DNA of 42,460 bases from a virus: the IMG/VR virus record IMGVR_UViG_3300045971_000101; one strand, written 5' to 3'. Positions within the stretch are counted from its first letter, which is position 1. Each line of letters begins with the position of its first letter. The notes under the pieces are model-generated. The model had not been told where the DNA came from, made no database searches, and worked only from the letters and a program-made list of their open reading frames with translations. Of this stretch, positions 26,208-34,723 are shown in pieces. Both the position numbers and the translations under genes were made by a program.

Positions 26208-26855
26208 TTATAGTTCTTTGCCTATAGGACATAGGTGCTTTACATAACAATATCGGCAATAGTCATTTTGTTTAGGTTTGAATGTAGTATCATTAATCAT
26301 AGCATCTACACGTTCTTGCCAGTGCTTCTTATCTTCTTCTAATGTACTATTGTCAAATTCATAGGTATATACCTCACCAGACTTTAAATACCAAAATTCA
26401 ACTATAACCTCTGTATCATTGGTACGCATCATGTGGGTATTAGCATAAAGTCTAGCTTGATGTTTGTGGTCATCATAATGCCTACCAGTCTTGAAGTCTA
26501 CTATGTAGTTATCAATTCTAGCATCTAACTTCATACGTAACCAGGCTTCAGGATGCATCCAACCATTTGGTATTAACTCCCATTTATTATTAAATGTAAG
26601 TTCTTCTTCTGGTAATGCATTAAGTTCTCTAAGTTTTTTAAATTCATTTGTAAATTTATCTAATACAGCTGGCAATTCTTGTATCTTGCCTAGTAGGTAG
26701 TTTTCTGCTGCTTCATGCGCTGCTGTGCCTTTTAACATGGCATAAGATGTTTCTTCTGGTATCTTAGCTATCTTTTGATACATGTACTTATGAGGGCATT
26801 GCTCATAAGAATTTAGTGTTGAGTTAGACCATGATACTTTTCTTTTATAACTCAC
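26208..26855 (-). CDS. PD-(D/E)XK exonuclease, Cas4/RecB-like, with four Cys for an Fe-S cluster
   Basis: N-terminal Cys (YEQCPHKY), DARIDNYIVDFKTG (D...D/E-x-K), QARLYA, and C-terminal CRYCYVKHLC. Confidence 0.75.
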   Translation of the reverse strand: MSYKRKVSWSNSTLNSYEQCPHKYMYQKIAKIPEETSYAMLKGTAAHEAAENYLLGKIQELPAVLDKFTNEFKKLRELNALPEEELTFNNKWELIPNGWMHPEAWLRMKLDARIDNYIVDFKTGRHYDDHKHQARLYANTHMMRTNDTEVIVEFWYLKSGEVYTYEFDNSTLEEDKKHWQERVDAMINDTTFKPKQNDYCRYCYVKHLCPIGKEL

Positions 26856-27121
26856 ACTACTAACCTAAATTTATTTATACGAGGCTTGTTTAACCTATTA
26901 TTTTCATCAATTATTTTTTGTAAAGTATAGCCGTACTCTATTAGTTTTTTGTCTTTCCATGGTTTTTGTGAGTATTGATAGTAATATGCTTTATTGCCAT
27001 AAACATAATGTGCTCCATAATGCGCAAAACTACATTTAGGGCAGCCATCAATATGCTTGTTACTAAATATCCATTTACAACTAGCGCATACCCTTAATTT
27101 TGCCAATTTTCTAGTCATCAA
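26852..27121 (-). CDS. Small Cys-rich (zinc-binding?) protein
   Basis: CASCKW...GCPKC. 89 aa. Overlaps both neighbours. Confidence 0.5.
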   Translation of the reverse strand: MMTRKLAKLRVCASCKWIFSNKHIDGCPKCSFAHYGAHYVYGNKAYYYQYSQKPWKDKKLIEYGYTLQKIIDENNRLNKPRINKFRLVV

Positions 27122-28889
27122 TATATTCCTTCAAATCTGAAAAGTTATAACCAGTAGAGCCATCAGATACCAGAGGGCAATCAAGGCCAGGTATTTCATC
27201 CATAGCCCATTTTAGTATCTTCATCTCTGTATCAACATCATCTGGATTACACTCTAATACCAATTCATCATGCACAGTCATTAATAGCTCGCCTTTGCGG
27301 TCTGGGTGGTACCAATACCGTATCATCGATTCTTTGGTGATGTCTGCACTGGAACCTTGTATTAATACATTACCTAATTTATAATAGAATTGCCGTCCAT
27401 CTTTAGCCTCTTCTACATCATATGATCTGCCACCCCATGTTCTGATCTTCTTACCAGATTTAGATAACTTCTCTATGTCCTTCATTAATTGTTTAAACTC
27501 TGGTAAAGCCTCATCATAAGCTCTAAAGAATGCTCTGGCTGTTTCTATAGACACATTATATTTTCTAGACATGGCATCAGGCCCACCACCGTACAATTTT
27601 AAGAAGTTAATGATCTTAACAAAGAACCGACTGACCTCTAGGCCTGTCTTTTCTTTTATTATTGCACTAACGAATGCATGTATATCTGTTTTAGGGTCAT
27701 CTTGATACTTCTTTAATATGGCACCTTCAGCATAATGCGCGGCGACACGTAATTCTTGACCAGAGAAGTCACGACGAACGAATATCTTGCCTTCGGATGG
27801 CACAATAACTGATCTAGCATGGAAGTCATCTTCTTCTAAGTTATGTTTTGGTAATTGCTGTATATTTGAAGAAAAACGGCCAGTTCTCGTGCCAAAATCA
27901 CCTTCAGATCGTGTTTGATTATAATATGGATAGAATTTATTTTTATATAGTTTTGCTGATTCGTAGAATGGCTTTATATATGTACCTACTAATTTCTGTT
28001 TTTTGCTTCTATTCTTTAAAAGAGATGATAGATTAGGGTCACTTATAATGTCTTCTATGAAGTCTTTACCAATACGAGGCTTACCAGTTTTTTCTGTGTA
28101 TTGAACCTTAGACATATATATAAGGCCTCGTTTCTGTAATGCATAAAACATACCCATAGATCCAGGTTTAGCACCATTTGAATATGCCATTATCTGCATA
28201 TCCATTAGATTAAATGCTTTATTTTCTCTGTTGTATATTTCTCCAATGTTTGGTGCTATATTAATACCTCTTTGCTCCATGTCTATAACGATTGGTAATA
28301 TACGCATCTCTCTTTGAAATGCATCATATATATTTTGTTGACCTTCTATGATTGGTGCACTAAATATTCTAGGTGCTAAAGTCTGATATAGAATATAAGT
28401 TCTGTCTGTATCTGATTCAGCATATATACCAACAAGATCACCTGGTGCTTTACATATATCTTGGCCAGGCTTAAATCTTCTGGTCATTAGCCACTTATTT
28501 AAATTATCTTGCTGTTCTGGCGGCATACCACAATATTTTTCTGTAAGTGGCTTGAGAGATAAGGAGGATTCACGAGGATCTATTAAATACATCATTATCA
28601 TAGTGTCAATGATGCGGGATGGGTCTGGAACTGATAGACCAAAATGTTCTAAAGCAACTCTCAGGTCGAATTTAGAGTTATGGCATATTATTTTATCTTC
28701 TAAGTCCCATATATGACCTAATAATTGTGCCGCCTTATCTTTTGAGCAGTTATTATTAGTTGGATGGCCCCAGGCATAATAATAAGATGGGTTATTATTT
28801 AGTTTTATTGAGACACCAACTGGTATTGGTGAATAAGGTGAGCCATTTATTATTGCATGTGTCTCAAAATCAATTGTATATAGATTCAT
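27111..28889 (-). CDS. Family A DNA polymerase with an N-terminal 3'-5' exonuclease domain
   Basis: ExoI IDFETHAI, motif A DFSGQELRVAAH, motif B RFFVKIINFLKLYGGG, motif C VHDELVLE. Confidence 0.9.
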   Translation of the reverse strand: MNLYTIDFETHAIINGSPYSPIPVGVSIKLNNNPSYYYAWGHPTNNNCSKDKAAQLLGHIWDLEDKIICHNSKFDLRVALEHFGLSVPDPSRIIDTMIMMYLIDPRESSLSLKPLTEKYCGMPPEQQDNLNKWLMTRRFKPGQDICKAPGDLVGIYAESDTDRTYILYQTLAPRIFSAPIIEGQQNIYDAFQREMRILPIVIDMEQRGINIAPNIGEIYNRENKAFNLMDMQIMAYSNGAKPGSMGMFYALQKRGLIYMSKVQYTEKTGKPRIGKDFIEDIISDPNLSSLLKNRSKKQKLVGTYIKPFYESAKLYKNKFYPYYNQTRSEGDFGTRTGRFSSNIQQLPKHNLEEDDFHARSVIVPSEGKIFVRRDFSGQELRVAAHYAEGAILKKYQDDPKTDIHAFVSAIIKEKTGLEVSRFFVKIINFLKLYGGGPDAMSRKYNVSIETARAFFRAYDEALPEFKQLMKDIEKLSKSGKKIRTWGGRSYDVEEAKDGRQFYYKLGNVLIQGSSADITKESMIRYWYHPDRKGELLMTVHDELVLECNPDDVDTEMKILKWAMDEIPGLDCPLVSDGSTGYNFSDLKEYIDD

Positions 28890-28943
28890 TTATGTCCTTA
28901 GTTAAATTAAAAAAGCCATCATCTAATTTATTCAGATAATGGC

Positions 28944-28984
28944 TTATTATATCATGAATTGACTATCAAAGATACTATTATTTA
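28944..28984 (-). promoter_or_regulatory. Conserved 41-bp box (copy 2): extended -10 TGATATAAT plus an upstream 22-bp element
   Basis: ttattatatca-N7-actatcaaagatactattattt. It lies upstream of the DNA polymerase gene and overlaps the stop of the preceding gene exactly as copy 1 does. Confidence 0.5.
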
Positions 28985-29755
28985 ACTCATTTTACTTCGT
29001 TTAACAGTAGATGCATCCGCCTGGTCTAATGGCACATAGTTAGATGTGTCATACGGGCCAGATACCGCAGCAGTATATTCAGTTAGAGATTTAGAAATTT
29101 TGCTGATAGTGTCTGGATCGGCTGTTGTTATGTACAGTGGTACAATACTCGGCCAGGCTGAGTCATCATCGAATGTTAGTTTGGTAACCACAGCCCATGT
29201 CGGCAGCTTGTGCACCACAGTGATATTCTTAGTGTATCTCGCATAGGCTTTTAATGAGGTCGGTGGTATATTGATGATGGCTAGATCACCAAGGTTTGGT
29301 TGGTATTGGTCATGATCCAGTTTAGTTACAGCAGCCACCAACAGACGACGACCATTACGGCATGCTTTACCTTTGCCATTCTTGGCAGAACCGAACTCAT
29401 TCTTTGGGCAGGTGTTGCATGATGCTGATTGCTTATCTGGCGAGGTCTCATGTGGTGTCATTTCACTTAAGACTGAGTTGATGGCAAAACATGCTGGTGG
29501 TGTGATAGTGTCTGGATCATAGTCACGGTCATAATATGAATGATCGTACATATCTGCTAAGATCACCACATCTAAAGTTGTGCCTAATTTTTCATCACCT
29601 ATCGAGAACTTCTTGCCTTTAATAGACATGTACGGTATTGAGGATATCTCTGCCGCACCTTGATCTTCGGCAGCCTTTGCTAATAATTGTTTAACCTCGT
29701 CTGTTAGGACGATTTGTTGGCCACCTAATTGTTGTGTTGCTACTTCAGTTGTCAT
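28982..29755 (-). CDS. Putative ssDNA-binding or recombination protein with a Cys-rich motif
   Basis: CNTCPKNEFGSAKNGKGKACRNGRRL motif and placement between the primase-helicase and polymerase genes. The family was not positively identified. Confidence 0.35.
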   Translation of the reverse strand: MTTEVATQQLGGQQIVLTDEVKQLLAKAAEDQGAAEISSIPYMSIKGKKFSIGDEKLGTTLDVVILADMYDHSYYDRDYDPDTITPPACFAINSVLSEMTPHETSPDKQSASCNTCPKNEFGSAKNGKGKACRNGRRLLVAAVTKLDHDQYQPNLGDLAIINIPPTSLKAYARYTKNITVVHKLPTWAVVTKLTFDDDSAWPSIVPLYITTADPDTISKISKSLTEYTAAVSGPYDTSNYVPLDQADASTVKRSKMS

Positions 29756-29814
29756 AGTGATTTCCTAGATTTAATTGAGGTTGATTTGCCTAGGTTACCG
29801 CCTAGGCTCGGTTT

Positions 29815-30645
29815 TTATTCTGCTGATTCAGTTTCTTCGACTTCTTGGTCAGTTTCTTCGATGAAGTGACGTACGAATACCAGTTCCTCATCAGGAGTTT
29901 CGGTTGCTTCAGGATTAGTGATAGTTGCCTTGCCATCTTTTCTGATTTGACCCATTGCCTTGGTCCATGCACGATTCCACATGATTGGTCTTTGGTTATC
30001 ATCTAATGTATCTTTGGTGATACCAGCAGCTCTCAGGGCCGCAGACAGAGAATCATAGAAGTTGCCTTGGAATTCGATCTCGTAGGCTGGTTGAAATTCC
30101 ATCGGTTTACGATCACCACCAGTGGCAGGTCGTCTACCACCGAATGCTGCCAACGAGTTGAAGGCATAATCTTTGACAGGTTGTGGCAGATTCTGATTTT
30201 CTGTAATAGTTTGGAATGTTACGATTGCAGACTTCAGTTCTTCAGAGATTCTTGCATCTTCGCCTAAAGTGTAGATGGCTGAGTGCATATCAGAGATGAC
30301 CTCGCCATGTTCGTTGGTGACGACTTCAGCAGATAAGGCCTTGCGAAGTTCACGTATCTCGTTAAACACCTTCTCTTTAGGTGGTTGTTTTGCTTTAGTG
30401 GTTTTTTGTTTAGGAGACTTGTAAGTTTCCAGATTCTCCAATGCTGCTACAGTAGCAGGGCTGTCATCACCCAATGCATCTTGCAGAGACAGGTAGACAG
30501 TGATCAGAATTTTTAATGTTTCTGATGCATCATCTGAGTCGTTAAGTTCTTGTAGTTGTGCGGTGCTATGAATAGCCTCTTGTAAGAGGCGTTCTTCGTT
30601 AGTTTGCTCAGGTTGTGTTGCTTGGTCTTGATTTTGGTCTGGCAT
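29815..30645 (-). CDS. Hypothetical acidic protein
   Basis: 276-aa ORF with acidic N- and C-termini. No motif recognised. Confidence 0.55.
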   Translation of the reverse strand: MPDQNQDQATQPEQTNEERLLQEAIHSTAQLQELNDSDDASETLKILITVYLSLQDALGDDSPATVAALENLETYKSPKQKTTKAKQPPKEKVFNEIRELRKALSAEVVTNEHGEVISDMHSAIYTLGEDARISEELKSAIVTFQTITENQNLPQPVKDYAFNSLAAFGGRRPATGGDRKPMEFQPAYEIEFQGNFYDSLSAALRAAGITKDTLDDNQRPIMWNRAWTKAMGQIRKDGKATITNPEATETPDEELVFVRHFIEETDQEVEETESAE

Positions 30646-30675
30646 AATATCACCTTTGTGATTGAGGGTTTAGGA

Positions 30676-30695
30676 ATATCATCATTTGATGATAT
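30676..30695. promoter_or_regulatory. 9-bp perfect inverted repeat, operator-like
   Basis: atatcatca-tt-tgatgatat in the intergenic region upstream of gene 29815-30645. Confidence 0.45.
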
Positions 30696-30738
30696 GATAT
30701 ATATTATCATAAATATACTGAATAATACACTTTTATTT

Positions 30739-30948
30739 TTAATTATTTAAAGATTCTTTATAAATATTATAAAAATTATGTATAAAATTTGTCTCATTAT
30801 TTTTTTCAATATCACTTAATATATTAAGTGTATTTAATATAACATCGTTAGGCGATATCGCATGGGCATATATTAGCATATTTAAATTATTTGTTAATGT
30901 AGTCTTATGTTCTTCATTCATTTTATGTAATTTATTATACTTATCCAT
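30739..30948 (-). CDS. Hypothetical protein
   Basis: 69-aa AT-rich ORF directly downstream of the primase-helicase gene. Confidence 0.45.
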   Translation of the reverse strand: MDKYNKLHKMNEEHKTTLTNNLNMLIYAHAISPNDVILNTLNILSDIEKNNETNFIHNFYNIYKESLNN

Positions 30949-30958
30949 TTAATTCACC

Positions 30959-33010
30959 TTAATATTTTCTGTTATCGCCTAAATTAGTTAATAATGTTCT
31001 TACTCGTGTTGTTTCTTTATACATATCAGATGGTGACTGATACAAATTAACTTTAGATTTCTTAACATACCAACCTCTATCTTCAGTTTGTCTAACACCA
31101 CCACCTTCTGGTACAGCTTTAATTCGCCTGCCAGGATTGCCACTGTCCCAGCGTACCCAGCCATTAGTTTCTAGCCAGTTTGCTATATTATTAATAGAGT
31201 ATCTGCTATCAGTTGGCAATACCATTGATAATAGTTTAGGTAGTGCTATATCATAATCTTCTAGCAGCTCTTCCAGCATAATTTCTTCGTTTGACCGTGT
31301 TATAGCCAACATTTCATCGAAGTAGGTTGTCTTGAATGGTCTGGTATTAGGTGAGAACTTAGATAGGTCGTATTTCAATAGATAGTCGAATAGAAATTGC
31401 GGCCCACCACATTTTCTCCAACCCTCGTGGTAGGTTGACTTCTGTTCTGTGGTCATAGGTTCCGGCGCTCTTACCACAAATGCTCTACGATCATTAGGGG
31501 ATAGTGACATAGCATTAAGATTATTAGTTATCACCACAACATTGCATACATTTCGTTGAAAGACCTTCTTACCACCCTTAATGTTCAGCATCATCATGTC
31601 GCTGGACTCTGTAGCTGTTATGCGTTTGTAGAACTCAATCGCATCTCCATGAAGGCCAGCAGCTTCAGAGATGTGCACCAGTTTTGTCTGGTATAGCCCA
31701 TCGTCCCACTGCCCCTTAATATCATTATTACCCATAGACTTGAATGCTGTACCCAATATCTCAGCCAGTGGCTGGAATAGGGAGTCTTTACCAGCGTCCT
31801 CAATGCCTAAGATGACTGGCTGCCAATTACACTTGAGTTGTGGTTGCTGTACAGTAAAAGCGATCCACCATAACAGTGCCTCAGCGTAGTCTTCTTCTGG
31901 CACCACATGATGCAGCAGATCTAGCCACGGTTGTACAGGGCCAGGCTCTGGCTCGATGTTAAACCGCCGCCATGTGTTTAATAATAGGCGGTTACCATCT
32001 GTTAAGGTGCGTTGCTCTTGATTATGTGGTACAGGTGACCAGCCATAATCAGCACATTCGTTAAAGCCATCTTGATGTGGCAACCAGTTAGTTATCTTAG
32101 GTGGTGAGTCTTTAGTACCAGGGAATTGCTTAAGGTAAGAAGTGTTCAGAGAATCTTTTGAACATGCTGTATCTATGATAAAGTCGTACCATTCGTTTGT
32201 CTTTACTACATGGTATATATTGTTAATGTATTTTGAGTATTTCGATTCTTCTCTGCCAGATATAGAATCAATTATCCTCTGCACATCGTCTGTATCTAAT
32301 GGTGGATGTGTATGCTTTTGATTAAATACCATTAGATTCACAATAGCTTCTGCCTTAGAGTTAGCTGTTGCAAGGTAGTGCCCAAATAATGCTGCTAAAC
32401 CAGTGTTACGGTTACCATCGTATAAGTCGTTGGGTGGAGTGTATGAGTCTTGTTTGGTTTTGTTAGATTTTGGCTTTAGTAGAGTTGTGAGTTGTTCGTA
32501 TGAATACTTTTTATTGGGATGCCACTCTATAAGATGAGGATGCGGTGTTGGATCATAGTCTGGCTTCTCATTAATGCCGAATGGCAGACGTACCAGTCTC
32601 ACCACACCCGTCAATCCGGGATCTGAGTATGGGCTCTTGGATAATAGGCGGGTTAGAGTTTTGGCTTCGTTTATGTTGGTTATTGGGTGTTGGAGTATAT
32701 AACCCCATTGGTAGTTTTGTGGGCTTGTTTCTATTATGTATGATGGATCAAGAGGAGGTTTTTGAGCTTTCGTATTTATGTCATCTAATACCAATATGTT
32801 CAGAGATAGGAAGTTCTCATTCTTACGGCCACCACCGATCACAGAAGCGATAGTATAATATGCTGGTTTATGTGGTGATAGGTCTGAGATTGCGTCGCTG
32901 AGAGATTTATACTTTGAATTTGCTAGAAAGGGTTGTTGCTGTGGGTCTGGAAATATTGCTTGGAGAAATTCTTGTACTGATATTGGTACTGGTATAGATT
33001 GGTTTGGCAT
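30959..33010 (-). CDS. Bifunctional primase-polymerase (AEP) / SF3 helicase
   Basis: N-terminal prim-pol motifs LVLDDIN and ETSPQNYQWGY. C-terminal Walker A GIEDAGKDS and Walker B-like KLVHISEA, typical of the D5/P4-alpha type. Confidence 0.8.
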   Translation of the reverse strand: MPNQSIPVPISVQEFLQAIFPDPQQQPFLANSKYKSLSDAISDLSPHKPAYYTIASVIGGGRKNENFLSLNILVLDDINTKAQKPPLDPSYIIETSPQNYQWGYILQHPITNINEAKTLTRLLSKSPYSDPGLTGVVRLVRLPFGINEKPDYDPTPHPHLIEWHPNKKYSYEQLTTLLKPKSNKTKQDSYTPPNDLYDGNRNTGLAALFGHYLATANSKAEAIVNLMVFNQKHTHPPLDTDDVQRIIDSISGREESKYSKYINNIYHVVKTNEWYDFIIDTACSKDSLNTSYLKQFPGTKDSPPKITNWLPHQDGFNECADYGWSPVPHNQEQRTLTDGNRLLLNTWRRFNIEPEPGPVQPWLDLLHHVVPEEDYAEALLWWIAFTVQQPQLKCNWQPVILGIEDAGKDSLFQPLAEILGTAFKSMGNNDIKGQWDDGLYQTKLVHISEAAGLHGDAIEFYKRITATESSDMMMLNIKGGKKVFQRNVCNVVVITNNLNAMSLSPNDRRAFVVRAPEPMTTEQKSTYHEGWRKCGGPQFLFDYLLKYDLSKFSPNTRPFKTTYFDEMLAITRSNEEIMLEELLEDYDIALPKLLSMVLPTDSRYSINNIANWLETNGWVRWDSGNPGRRIKAVPEGGGVRQTEDRGWYVKKSKVNLYQSPSDMYKETTRVRTLLTNLGDNRKY

Positions 33011-33034
33011 ATGGTTACCACTGTGCTAATTAAT

Positions 33035-33134
33035 ATCACCGCTGATATACAGAACGGGATTGTCCTGATACTAGTGCGCCCCTAGAGCCAAACCAAATAA
33101 CGGGATAGGGGCGACGAATATCAGAGGCGGTGAT
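33035..33134 (-). promoter_or_regulatory. Structured about-100-nt element in the predicted 5' leader of the primase-helicase gene
   Basis: Outer stem atcaccgc+tgatat (33035-33048) pairs with atatca+gcggtgat (33118-33134, with a gag bulge). Inner stem cgcccct (33077-33083) pairs with aggggcg (33107-33113). The stems are GC-rich in an AT-rich context. Confidence 0.4.
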
Positions 33135-33150
33135 CTCAAATAACGAGATA

Positions 33151-33159
33151 ATTATATCA
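33151..33159 (-). promoter_or_regulatory. Extended -10 element TGATATAAT on the minus strand, toward the primase-helicase gene
   Basis: attatatca on the plus strand, about 140 nt upstream of ATG 33010. Confidence 0.45.
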
Positions 33160-33174
33160 TATAAATTGAAAAGA

Positions 33175-33183
33175 TGATATAAT
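33175..33183 (+). promoter_or_regulatory. Extended -10 element TGATATAAT on the plus strand, back-to-back with the minus-strand one
   Basis: tgataTAAT read directly on the plus strand, pointing into the iteron field and gene 33497. Confidence 0.4.
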
Positions 33184-33227
33184 TATTTTGATTATTTTAC
33201 TACTCTTGTAGTAGAGTAGTAGATATA

Positions 33228-33475
33228 GGGTGGGATCGAGTGGGACCACCAGTGGAACCAGGAATGGAGCCAGTTGGAAGGTTCGTAAGTTATTGATTTT
33301 ATTGATAATTATCTATAATGGAACCAGTGGAACCAATATTATTCAAATAGAATATAATTAAAAAATATGATATTTATTTAATTAGACTTGGAGAGTTGGT
33401 TCCATTGGGTCCACGATTATAAATCATTGATTTTAAACGAGTTTTTCTACATATCGTGGAACCAATTTGGTTCCT
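33228..33475. repeat. Iteron field with at least 11 copies of TGGAACC(A) or close variants in both orientations
   Basis: Direct copies at 33231, 33241, 33253, 33265 and 33275 (10-12 bp phasing), plus 33319 and 33328. Inverted copies at 33397 and 33406. Palindrome ggaacca-att-tggttcc at 33458-33474. Confidence 0.8.
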
Positions 33476-33496
33476 CTCTACATATTATGAAGGTAA

Positions 33497-33898
33497 ATGA
33501 TGAAAATATCGCAAGCATTAAGACAATATGAGATGCAAATCCTCTCTGAAAAGAAGGTAAAAGCAGGCCTACGTGCCGAAGAATTAAGAGAAAAATTGGA
33601 CCCTGAGGCGGCTGTGGTAGGCCTGATGTCATTGGGAGAACAGGCCAAGACATGCGATCTGGTAGACCTGCCGAGATTACAATTTCAGGCTACTATCCTT
33701 ACTACTATTCTGAAGAAGTGTATGCCAGATCTGAAGGCATTAGAGATATCTAGTGATAAGCTGAAGACTACGACTCTTGTGATCGACCTTGGTGATGTTG
33801 ACTTCACGTCGGAACGACGTGATGTTGACTTCACGTCGGAACGACGTGATGTTGACTTTGGAAATGTGGTAAGCGATACTGCAGATTATAGACAATAA
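33497..33898 (+). CDS. Hypothetical protein carrying an in-frame 27-bp tandem repeat. It could be a small terminase or DNA-binding protein, but this is very uncertain.
   Basis: 133-aa ORF, isolated on the plus strand within the minus-strand block. The helical N-terminal part includes ...RLQFQATILTTILKKCMPDLKALE.... The C-terminus reads DVDFTSERR DVDFTSERR DVDF. Confidence 0.5.
   Translation: MMKISQALRQYEMQILSEKKVKAGLRAEELREKLDPEAAVVGLMSLGEQAKTCDLVDLPRLQFQATILTTILKKCMPDLKALEISSDKLKTTTLVIDLGDVDFTSERRDVDFTSERRDVDFGNVVSDTADYRQ
33792..33858 (+). repeat. 27-bp tandem repeat, 2.5 copies, each junction forming an 8-bp palindrome
   Basis: Unit gtgatgttgacttcacgtcggaacgac at 33792-33818 and 33819-33845, with a partial copy at 33846-33858. 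Palindrome tcacgtcg-gaa-cgacgtga at 33804-33822 and 33831-33849. Confidence 0.9.
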
Positions 33899-33900
33899 AA

Positions 33901-33926
33901 AGCCTCAGGCATTACTGCTTGAGGCT
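33901..33926. terminator. Hairpin terminator between convergent genes, with a U-tract on the minus-strand side
   Basis: agcctcaggc pairs with gcttgaggct (10 bp including one G-U) around a 6-nt loop. aaaa at 33897-33900 gives UUUU after the stem on the minus strand. Confidence 0.6.
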
Positions 33927-33937
33927 GTGGTGTGGTA

Positions 33938-34135
33938 TTACTTATAAAATACTGGTAGCAATAATATTGGAATTAACCACCACCATTGTCGCTGTGATAC
34001 TATGGTATCATTCAATACAATAATATTATCCCACCATACAACAATAATGCCTGGATGGTGCATAACTCTCATAACTACACTAACACTAATGATAGTAATA
34101 GAGAGAGCTATCATTTTCAATAATAGCTCTTTCAT
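33938..34135 (-). CDS. Small membrane protein with two hydrophobic segments
   Basis: MIALSITIISVSVVMRV and WWWLIPILLLPVF. Confidence 0.45.
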   Translation of the reverse strand: MKELLLKMIALSITIISVSVVMRVMHHPGIIVVWWDNIIVLNDTIVSQRQWWWLIPILLLPVFYK

Positions 34136-34137
34136 AA

Positions 34138-34506
34138 TTATACCACCTGTATGATGATAGTCTTATCTTTAGAAACAGTCCAAGTCATAGGACCTTTTTT
34201 GATACCGTTCCTGATCTTGGTCCAATTAGGACAATGACCTCGGTTGATTATTGGGATACCTTCACCGATTTGGAGGGCTGGAATGGTGACATAACCTCTA
34301 ACACCATCGACTAGAAGTTTGATGGTATTCTGGCGAGGTGATTTACGAATCTTTGGAACTGAACTCACAACTTCTGGCGAATAAACACCTTTAACAGTAG
34401 GTGGTATAAGTGGCAAGATGACTCCAACATCTGATGGTTTTAATACCATCATATTTGGGATAAATGGAGTCTCGGTGGCGATTGATTTTTTAGCTTTCAT
34501 AGTCAT
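34138..34506 (-). CDS. Hypothetical early protein
   Basis: 122-aa ORF. No motif recognised. Confidence 0.5.
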   Translation of the reverse strand: MTMKAKKSIATETPFIPNMMVLKPSDVGVILPLIPPTVKGVYSPEVVSSVPKIRKSPRQNTIKLLVDGVRGYVTIPALQIGEGIPIINRGHCPNWTKIRNGIKKGPMTWTVSKDKTIIIQVV

Positions 34507-34674
34507 TTTAATATACCTTTGATTCGGTTGCCTATCATAGAATTATGATGGGGTATTCATTCTATATTTTAAAGAGCTTAAGATAATTTCTTATCTTGGT
34601 TATATTATAGATCAAATATATAATATATCAATATTTATTTTTCATTCTCATGAAATAAATATGGATATATTATC

Positions 34675-34714
34675 TATCATCATCATGATTATATTATAGG
34701 TCATGATGATGATA
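34675..34714. promoter_or_regulatory. 14-bp perfect inverted repeat with a TATAAT-containing loop
   Basis: tatcatcatcatga (34675-34688) pairs with tcatgatgatgata (34701-34714). The loop ttatattatagg reads cctataatataa on the minus strand. Confidence 0.5.
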
Positions 34715-34723
34715 ATATCAATA

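Noticed and set aside
33035-33134. Possible tRNA or tRNA-like gene
   Set aside because: The paired ends are about 100 nt apart. There is no T-loop (GTTCGAATC-like) or D-loop consensus and no cloverleaf arrangement of the inner stems.
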